64,000 bases of DNA. It comes from Arcobacteraceae bacterium (GTDB lineage: Bacteria; Campylobacterota; Campylobacteria; Campylobacterales; Arcobacteraceae). A program made the translations under genes and the position numbers. The notes under the pieces were generated by a model. It worked only from the letters and a program-made list of their open reading frames with translations. It was not told where the DNA came from and made no database searches. The first letter of the stretch is position 1, and the number at the start of each line of letters is the position of its first letter. This document shows, piece by piece, positions 49,587-56,517 of the stretch. The DNA lies in NCBI GenBank assembly GCA_048268245.1, contig JBLWVX010000008.1, forward strand, positions 17,127-81,126. Reading direction: 5' to 3'.

Positions 49587-50987
49587 TTAACTTGCAGTTT
49601 TTTCTTTAGGGGCTTCTTCTGAGTCCAGAATACTATTTTCCCCATCATGTTTACCTAAAAGCTTAGGTCTTTCAAGTAAAAAGTATAATATTAATCCAAT
49701 GATAACTGCATATAGTGTAGATTTTGGATCAGGCATAGATAAAGTAATTGCTACAATACCAGCAACTCCCCTTTCAGTAGAATTTTTTAACTGTTCCATT
49801 CCTACTAAAATACAAATATATGCAGTAAGAATTAAAGTAAGTGATAGTGCAATAGGAAGAACTGGTTTAAAAAAACTTACCAATGGCAGCATAAATAAAG
49901 CTATCATTCCACTAATCCAGAATGTTCCCCCACCACTATAAATAGATTCCATAGACTTTTTGCCCATTGCATACCTTTCAGCTACTGTTGCATGAACTGC
50001 TGTAAATAAAGGCCCTGATAGTCCAGGCCAAGGTGCAAAGAAAGCATGTAAACCATTTCTAATTGATGTAACTAAATGTACTCTATCAACATTTTCTTCA
50101 ATTTTTTCATCTTGTCTAATATGATCAACTCTTTTTACTAATGTAAATCCAATAATAATATCACCAAAAGCAATTACATAAGCAATTAAAGCTGTAGGTA
50201 TTGCTAATAAAAAAACATCATATGATGGTAATCCATTTGCAAATATCAAATAATTCCACATTAAAGCAAAATCAGGCTGTGTAATTCCCATTTGTATATC
50301 TGGTAAAGGATATTCCCCAACAGCCCAACCAACAAAAATTGCAATAATCAAACCTGTAACCAAACCAAAGTTTGCAATTTGTTTTGCAAAAGGGTTATTC
50401 TGTATCACATTTTTGAAAGATAAAGAAAACAGTACATAAGCGGAAACTAATGAACCTATTATAATTGAGATTGGTGTTGTATCTATTCTTCCTCCAACTT
50501 TTAACTCACCCATTAAAGCTGCAACTCCTGCACCAATAATAACACCTGATTTTAAAGAGTTTGGAATTGCATTAACTAATTTACTTCCTAATCTTGTTAT
50601 TCCTAAAAATAGGAAAATAAGTGTTACTTCAATTTGTAAGGCAAACATAGCTTTAATAGCTTCAGGACCTGGTTCAAAACCTTTTAAGTAAAGTAAAACA
50701 ACTGGAATAGCAGGAGTAATCCATCCTGGCACTAAAGGAACTCCTAAAAGAGAAGGAAGTATATATCCTATTCCTGCAATAAATGTAAATGCCAATGCTG
50801 CTTCATAAGGCATACCTAAATAAGTTTGGAGCAATGGAATCATTGCTAACCCTACTACAAACATAAAAAATCCTTGTATCATCTCAGGTAATTCCCAACG
50901 ATAATGAACAAAAGGTAGTCTAATTTTAAATGGACCTATAGGCCAACAAGGTTGTTCTTCACCATCTTTTCTTTTATAAACTGGCAT
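49587..50987 (-). CDS. Uncharacterised polytopic permease (distantly NCS2/SLC23-like)
   Basis: 466 aa, many hydrophobic helices, PGWITPAIP and YVIAFGD motifs; AAAGGA RBS. Confidence 0.75.
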   Translation of the reverse strand: MPVYKRKDGEEQPCWPIGPFKIRLPFVHYRWELPEMIQGFFMFVVGLAMIPLLQTYLGMPYEAALAFTFIAGIGYILPSLLGVPLVPGWITPAIPVVLLYLKGFEPGPEAIKAMFALQIEVTLIFLFLGITRLGSKLVNAIPNSLKSGVIIGAGVAALMGELKVGGRIDTTPISIIIGSLVSAYVLFSLSFKNVIQNNPFAKQIANFGLVTGLIIAIFVGWAVGEYPLPDIQMGITQPDFALMWNYLIFANGLPSYDVFLLAIPTALIAYVIAFGDIIIGFTLVKRVDHIRQDEKIEENVDRVHLVTSIRNGLHAFFAPWPGLSGPLFTAVHATVAERYAMGKKSMESIYSGGGTFWISGMIALFMLPLVSFFKPVLPIALSLTLILTAYICILVGMEQLKNSTERGVAGIVAITLSMPDPKSTLYAVIIGLILYFLLERPKLLGKHDGENSILDSEEAPKEKTAS

Positions 50988-51030
50988 AAAAAATCCTTTC
51001 CGTAGCTGTGTAAATTAAATTAATATTCAT
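50974..51030 (-). CDS. Putative 18-aa leader ORF overlapping the permease start
   Basis: MNINLIYTATERIFYASL* with AAGGAGAG RBS just downstream of the boxed promoter. Confidence 0.4.
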   Translation of the reverse strand: MNINLIYTATERIFYASL

Positions 51031-51055
51031 AGTTCTCTCCTTATTAATTTAAAAA

Positions 51056-51088
51056 AGTATATTTGGAAAAAATGACAATTTAATGATA
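51056..51088 (-). promoter_or_regulatory. Permease promoter with direct-repeat box
   Basis: Minus strand TATCAT-taaat-TGTCAT-tttttccaaa-TATACT. Confidence 0.7.
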
Positions 51089-51177
51089 ATGAAAGTTTTT
51101 TTTTAATAAAGAATATGATTTTTTATTCTCTTTTAAATTAGTTTTATAAAATATTTTTGAGGCTTATTTAGAGAGTT

Positions 51178-51211
51178 AAAAGCTATAAATTATTTGTAAA
51201 TTATAGCTTTT
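51178..51211 (-). terminator. Terminator after the MaoC gene
   Basis: AAAAGCTATAA-N12-TTATAGCTTTT. Confidence 0.6.
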
Positions 51212-51233
51212 ATTAAATGAGATTTATTTAAGA

Positions 51234-51668
51234 TTATTGTTTTGGAACAAAAGCTTCTGACTCACCATCAATAACAATTTCCCCTTTTACAATACAAATA
51301 GATTGTAAAAAAACTCTTCTTCTTTCTGGGTCAATATCAGTTACAATTAATTTTGCCGTTACAGTATCTCCAATATATACTGGCTTTAAAAACTTTATAG
51401 TTTGAGAAACCCAAACACAGCCAATACCAGGAAGTTTTGTACCCATAAGACCTGAAAAAAAAGATACAGAAATTAATCCATGTGCAATTCTTCTTTCCCA
51501 TCTTGTATTTTGTGCATATTCATCACTAATATGTACAGGATTATGATCTCCTGAAAGACCTGCAAAAGTCTTAATATCACAATCTGTTATTGTTTGAGTA
51601 TAACTAACTTCCATTCCTCTTTTTATATCTTCAAACAATAGCGTATCAAAATTAACTAATTTAGACAT
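51234..51668 (-). CDS. MaoC/PhaJ-type (R)-specific enoyl-CoA hydratase
   Basis: FAGLSGDHNPVH (D-x4-H), IAHGL, FLKPVYIGDTV. Confidence 0.88.
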   Translation of the reverse strand: MSKLVNFDTLLFEDIKRGMEVSYTQTITDCDIKTFAGLSGDHNPVHISDEYAQNTRWERRIAHGLISVSFFSGLMGTKLPGIGCVWVSQTIKFLKPVYIGDTVTAKLIVTDIDPERRRVFLQSICIVKGEIVIDGESEAFVPKQ

Positions 51669-51698
51669 GTTACTTCTCCTATTTATTTATTTGAATTT

Positions 51699-51731
51699 AG
51701 TATATATTTATTAAATGACAAAAAAATGGCA
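51699..51731 (-). promoter_or_regulatory. MaoC promoter with direct-repeat box
   Basis: Minus strand TGCCAT-ttttt-TGTCAT-ttaataaata-TATACT. Confidence 0.7.
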
Positions 51732-51739
51732 ACTAAATA

Positions 51740-52909
51740 CTACTTTACGCTAAGCTTTTTAAATTTCATTTTATGCATATAAGTTACAAAATGCTTAATA
51801 AAATGTGCAAGATAACCTTTCACAAATAAAGTATTAAAAATTAAACCAATGGCATATGAACCACCCAATGAAATTAAAACACCATTTGATTTAGGTATAA
51901 AATTTTTATTAACTTTATTATTAATTTTATTACTTATAAATCTTGCAACAAATGTACCTGCTTGTATAGCTAATTGTGCTGTAGGTGGAACATATTTATT
52001 ATCACACATAATCTGTGCTGCATCTCCAATAACAAAAACATTTTTCTCTCCCTCTAATTGGAGGTATTCATTTACAATATATTGATTTAATTTATTAACA
52101 CGATAAGATTTTGTTGAATCTATCGTTATACCTCTAATACCTCCAGTAAAAATAAAACAGTTATAATCAATAACATCCCCATTATCTAAATAAATTTTAT
52201 TTTCATCTACATCTTTAATAAACGTTCCTAAAAAAGTCTTAACATCTAAGTTTTTAAGTCTTTCCTCACAAGCAGTAATTAGCCTTTCATCCATATTAGG
52301 TAGAACTGTTTTCATACCATCCACAATATAAACTTTCATATTAGTTGCTTTAGAAGAAGGTATTACTTCTTTTATCAAAGCAGCCATTTCACTAGCTACT
52401 TCAACACCAGAAAGTCCTGCACCTCCTATAACAATATTATAAGAAGCACTATCTTCATCTTTTTGTTTTAAAACTGTTTTACTTATTAAAGAATCAAAAG
52501 ACTGGTTAACAATTGTCGCTTTTTGAAGAGTTTTGATTCCAATAGAATACTTCTTAATATTAGGAACTTGAGGAGGAAAGTTTGTAAGTGCACCTGTTGC
52601 AATTATTAAATCATCATATTTGTATTTAATATTATTAGATGATGTCACTTCTTTTTTCTCTGAATCAAAATGTATAATTACTTCTTTATAAAATCTTATA
52701 TTAGAATTAATATCATCAATATATCTACTAATATTTATTGTTACATCTGAAATACTATATTTTGTAGCTACAAAGCCATATGATTCAACCTGTATATAAT
52801 GATAATTCTTTTTGTCAAAAAGCAAAATCTCTATATCTTTATTCTTAGATAACTCTTTTATTGCATAAAGTCCTGCATAACTAGCCCCAATAATAATAAC
52901 TTTTCTCAT
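51740..52909 (-). CDS. Type II NADH:quinone oxidoreductase-like flavoprotein
   Basis: IIGASYAGL, LIIATGA, GGAGLSGVEVASE, FVIGD, PPTAQLAIQAG. Confidence 0.8.
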   Translation of the reverse strand: MRKVIIIGASYAGLYAIKELSKNKDIEILLFDKKNYHYIQVESYGFVATKYSISDVTINISRYIDDINSNIRFYKEVIIHFDSEKKEVTSSNNIKYKYDDLIIATGALTNFPPQVPNIKKYSIGIKTLQKATIVNQSFDSLISKTVLKQKDEDSASYNIVIGGAGLSGVEVASEMAALIKEVIPSSKATNMKVYIVDGMKTVLPNMDERLITACEERLKNLDVKTFLGTFIKDVDENKIYLDNGDVIDYNCFIFTGGIRGITIDSTKSYRVNKLNQYIVNEYLQLEGEKNVFVIGDAAQIMCDNKYVPPTAQLAIQAGTFVARFISNKINNKVNKNFIPKSNGVLISLGGSYAIGLIFNTLFVKGYLAHFIKHFVTYMHKMKFKKLSVK

Positions 52910-52936
52910 ACTTTCTTCTCCAAAAATATTTTTATA

Positions 52937-52969
52937 ATGTTACATATAAATAATGATAAAAATATGGCA
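52937..52969 (-). promoter_or_regulatory. NDH-2-like gene promoter with direct-repeat box
   Basis: Minus strand TGCCAT-atttt-TATCAT-tatttatatg-TAACAT. Confidence 0.6.
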
Positions 52970-53063
52970 AGAGGCTTAATATATAATTTAACAAATTATA
53001 TAAACACAAAATAAAAATATTTGTATAAAAATATACATAAAAAGTACATTTTGTCAGTGAAAA

Positions 53064-53096
53064 TATCATATCATTATCATTTCTAAAGGTTAGAAT
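53064..53096 (+). promoter_or_regulatory. TRAP operon promoter with direct-repeat box
   Basis: TATCAT-atcat-TATCAT-ttctaaaggt-TAGAAT. Confidence 0.7.
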
Positions 53097-53122
53097 TTAA
53101 CCATAACAAATCAAAGGAGAGA

Positions 53123-54196
53123 ATGATGATGTTAAAAAAAACAACAAAACTACTTTTAACTTCTGCATTAATTGCAGGTTTAAGTACGGCTGCTGTAGCA
53201 AAAGAAAAAGTTTACAAATGGAAACTTGCAACAACTTGGGGTTCAACATTAACACCATTTATTGATGCACCTAAAAATATGGCAAAAATGGTTGAAGAAA
53301 TGTCTGATGGTAGACTTGTTATTAGAGTAGACGCTTCAAATAAACATAAAGCTGCATTTGGTATCTTAGATATGGTTAAAGGTGGTCAATATGATATGGG
53401 TCACTCAGCATCATATTACTGGAAAGGTAAAGATATTAATACTATGCCTTTTAGTACAATGCCATTTGGTATGACTACACCTGAGCAATATGCATGGTTC
53501 TACCACGGTGGCGGAATGGAACTTATGAAAAAAGTTTATAAAAAACATAAAGTATTATCTTTCCCTGGTGGATCGACTGGAAACCAAATGGGTGGATGGT
53601 TCAGAAAAGAGATTAATACAGTTGAAGACTTAAAAGGTCTTAAAATGAGAATTCCTGGATTTGCTGGTGAGGTTATGGCAAAATTAGGATTAACAGTTAC
53701 TAATATCGCACCAGGTGAATTATATACATCACTTGAAAGAGGTACATTAGATGCATTAGAATGGGTTGGACCTGGAATGGATATCAAAATGGGATTCAAC
53801 AAAATTGCACCTTACTACTACACAGGATGGCATGAACCAGGTTTAGATTTACAATACCTAGTTAATGAAAGAAAATTCAATAAATTACCAAAAGATTTAC
53901 AACAAATCTTAATTACAGCTATGAGAGTTTCTGCATATGATATGTATATTCAAAACTATCACATGAGTTCTGAAGCATGGGCAAAAATTGAAAAAGATTT
54001 CCCAAACATCAAAATCAAAACTTTCCCAAAAGAAGTTATGGACGCTATGAAGAAAGCAAATGCTGACCTTAAAGCAGAAAAAACTAAAAACAACCCATTA
54101 TTAAAAGAAATTTTAGATTCTCAAGAAGCTTACCAAAAGAAAGCTAGAGAGTGGACTAAAATGTCAGATTACTTATACTTAAAAGATAACTTATAA
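53123..54196 (+). CDS. dctP: TRAP transporter substrate-binding protein (likely lactate/monocarboxylate)
   Basis: Signal peptide, YYWKGK, GLKMRIPG, GWHEP; upstream of dctQM and the D-lactate dehydrogenase. Confidence 0.92.
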   Translation: MMMLKKTTKLLLTSALIAGLSTAAVAKEKVYKWKLATTWGSTLTPFIDAPKNMAKMVEEMSDGRLVIRVDASNKHKAAFGILDMVKGGQYDMGHSASYYWKGKDINTMPFSTMPFGMTTPEQYAWFYHGGGMELMKKVYKKHKVLSFPGGSTGNQMGGWFRKEINTVEDLKGLKMRIPGFAGEVMAKLGLTVTNIAPGELYTSLERGTLDALEWVGPGMDIKMGFNKIAPYYYTGWHEPGLDLQYLVNERKFNKLPKDLQQILITAMRVSAYDMYIQNYHMSSEAWAKIEKDFPNIKIKTFPKEVMDAMKKANADLKAEKTKNNPLLKEILDSQEAYQKKAREWTKMSDYLYLKDNL

Positions 54197-54205
54197 GATA
54201 TATGG

Positions 54206-54234
54206 TATAACTCCTCTTCTAAAGAGGGGTTATA
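54206..54234 (+). terminator. Hairpin after dctP (partial terminator or mRNA stabiliser)
   Basis: TATAACTCCTCTT-cta-AAGAGGGGTTATA. Confidence 0.6.
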
Positions 54235-54324
54235 TTCTTCAAAATGAACTTAACTAATGGGTAATGTAAATATATATGGGAAGCTTATGTTTATATGACC
54301 TATTCATGAATCAAAAGGATTTTT

Positions 54325-54921
54325 ATGCTGTTAAAACTAGAAAGGGCATTTGATAAATTTGCCGATATTATAGGATATACTACTGCATTTGTTATGGTGC
54401 TTATGATATTAAATGTATTCTATGATGTAATTATGAGATACTTTTTTAATACAGGAAGTATTGCTATGCAAGAGATGGAGTGGCACCTATTCTCTGTAAT
54501 TATTCTTTTAGGTATTTCATATACATTAAAAGAAGATGGTCACGTTAGAGTTGACTTAATCTATGATAGGTTAACTGATAAGAAAAAAGCAATCATTAAT
54601 ATGGTTGGTGTAGTTACATTTATTTTACCAATTGCTTTACTAATTGGTATTGGTTCAATTGATTATGTAATAGAATCTTACATATCAAATGAGCAAAGTG
54701 GTGATCCAGGTGGATTAACAAATAGATGGATAGTAAAAGCACTAATTCCATTATCATTTTTCTTACTGATTATCACATCAGTTGGTTTCTTTATTAAAAA
54801 CCTTAATATTTTTAAAGGTTTACATCAATACAACGAAAGTGGTTTAAAAAGTGAAATTGATCACTTAAGACAAGATATTCAAGACCACATGCACAATATC
54901 GAAGAAGGAGATAAAAAATGA
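54325..54921 (+). CDS. dctQ: TRAP small permease
   Basis: 4 TM, QEMEWHLF, GHVRVD. Confidence 0.92.
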   Translation: MLLKLERAFDKFADIIGYTTAFVMVLMILNVFYDVIMRYFFNTGSIAMQEMEWHLFSVIILLGISYTLKEDGHVRVDLIYDRLTDKKKAIINMVGVVTFILPIALLIGIGSIDYVIESYISNEQSGDPGGLTNRWIVKALIPLSFFLLIITSVGFFIKNLNIFKGLHQYNESGLKSEIDHLRQDIQDHMHNIEEGDKK

Positions 54922-56291
54922 TTGGTATTATAATGTTCTTTACTGCATTGTTTATGCTTCTTCTTGGATTTCCAGTAGCATTTACTTTTGCAGCAGTATC
55001 AGTAATATTTGGACTTATTGCTGGTGTTTACGAAATCATGTCTTATGCAGATGAGGGTGCTGAACTTATACCTTTACTAGCTGAGGGTATTGATGAAGGT
55101 ATCGCAATGTTCGACTTTATGCCATTTAGAATTATGTCAATTATGCAAAATACAATTCTAATGGCTGTTCCAATGTTTATTTTCATGGGTATTGTTTTAC
55201 AAAAAACAGGACTTGCTGAAAGATTATTAGAATCTATGGGATTCTTATTTGGAGAGATTAGAGGTGGAGTTGCTATCTCAACTGTATTAGTTGGTGCATT
55301 ACTTGCTGCTTCTACTGGTGTTGTTGGGGCTTCAGTTGTTGCAATGGGTGTTATTTCACTTCCTGTAATGATGAAGTATAAATATAATGTTCCACTAGCC
55401 TGTGGTACGATTTGTGCTTCTGGTACACTAGGTCAGATTATTCCTCCTTCAATTGTTTTAATCATCTTAGGGGATGTTTTCCAAGTTCCTGTTGGTGATT
55501 TATTTAAAGCAGCTGTATGGCCAGGCTTAGCTTTAGTTGGAGCATATATTTTATATATTGTTGTTCTAGCATTTATCAATAAAGAAACTGCACCTGCTAT
55601 TCCACCTGATCCATCAAGAGGTTCAAAAGGTAAGCAAGTAGTTAGAGCTTTAATTGATATTATTCCATCATTAACACTAATTTTATTAGTTCTTGGTTCA
55701 ATTTTTGCAGGTGTTGCAACACCTACTGAATCAGCAGCTGTAGGATGTTTAGGTGCAGTTGGATTATCACTAATTTATAGAACATTCTCTATTGGTATGG
55801 TTAAAGAAGCATCACTAGAGTCTGTAAAAATTACATCTATGGTATTTGGTATCTTAATTGGTGCTACAGCATTCTCTATGGTATTCTCATATACAGGTGG
55901 AGAAGAAATTGTTGAACACTTTATGTTAAGCTTACCTGGTGATGAGAAATGGGGATTCATTATCTTTACAATGATTGCAATTTTAATTTTAGGATTCTTT
56001 ATTGATTTCGTTGAGATTTCATATATTATTGTTCCTATTTTAGTTCCAATTGCTATGAATCTAGATATTAACCCTGTATGGTTCGCAATTTTAATTGCTA
56101 TGAACTTACAAACATCGTTCTTAACACCGCCATTTGGATTCTCATTGTTCTACTTAAAAGGAGTTGCACCAGCAACTGTAAGAACAATACAAATCTATAA
56201 AGGTGTGTTACCGTTTATTGCAATACAAATAATAGTTCTTCTATTAGTTGCGTTCTATCCAGAGGTATTTGGTATTAATCCAAATGCTTAA
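54918..56291 (+). CDS. dctM: TRAP large permease
   Basis: AVPMFIFMG, SGTLGQIIPPS, ATPTESA, LTPPFG. Confidence 0.94.
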   Translation: MIGIIMFFTALFMLLLGFPVAFTFAAVSVIFGLIAGVYEIMSYADEGAELIPLLAEGIDEGIAMFDFMPFRIMSIMQNTILMAVPMFIFMGIVLQKTGLAERLLESMGFLFGEIRGGVAISTVLVGALLAASTGVVGASVVAMGVISLPVMMKYKYNVPLACGTICASGTLGQIIPPSIVLIILGDVFQVPVGDLFKAAVWPGLALVGAYILYIVVLAFINKETAPAIPPDPSRGSKGKQVVRALIDIIPSLTLILLVLGSIFAGVATPTESAAVGCLGAVGLSLIYRTFSIGMVKEASLESVKITSMVFGILIGATAFSMVFSYTGGEEIVEHFMLSLPGDEKWGFIIFTMIAILILGFFIDFVEISYIIVPILVPIAMNLDINPVWFAILIAMNLQTSFLTPPFGFSLFYLKGVAPATVRTIQIYKGVLPFIAIQIIVLLLVAFYPEVFGINPNA

Positions 56292-56301
56292 GGATAATTA
56301 G

Positions 56302-56327
56302 AAGTAAAAGCTTAGGCTTTTACTTTT
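56302..56327 (+). terminator. Intrinsic terminator after dctM
   Basis: AAGTAAAAGC-ttag-GCTTTTACTTTT. Confidence 0.7.
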
Positions 56328-56343
56328 ATATAGGAGTTAGCCT

Positions 56344-56460
56344 ATGAAAAAAGAGTTAAAAAAACTAATCTTAAATATCGTCTTAAAAGTAAGAGATAAA
56401 ATGTTTGGATTTATTGATGATCCACAACAAAGAATCTATACTGTTCCACGCCTTGAATAA
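56344..56460 (+). CDS. Unannotated 38-aa basic protein
   Basis: MKKELKKLILNIVLKVRDKMFGFIDDPQQRIYTVPRLE*; TAGGAG RBS. Confidence 0.6.
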   Translation: MKKELKKLILNIVLKVRDKMFGFIDDPQQRIYTVPRLE

Positions 56461-56517
56461 TACGTATTCCTTTTATTAAAAAAAACTATATAATAAAAAA
56501 CTACAAAAGGATACAAA

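Noticed and set aside
37121..53100. Mobile element or prophage explanation for the catabolic block
   Set aside because: No integrase, transposase, att-like repeats or phage genes recognised
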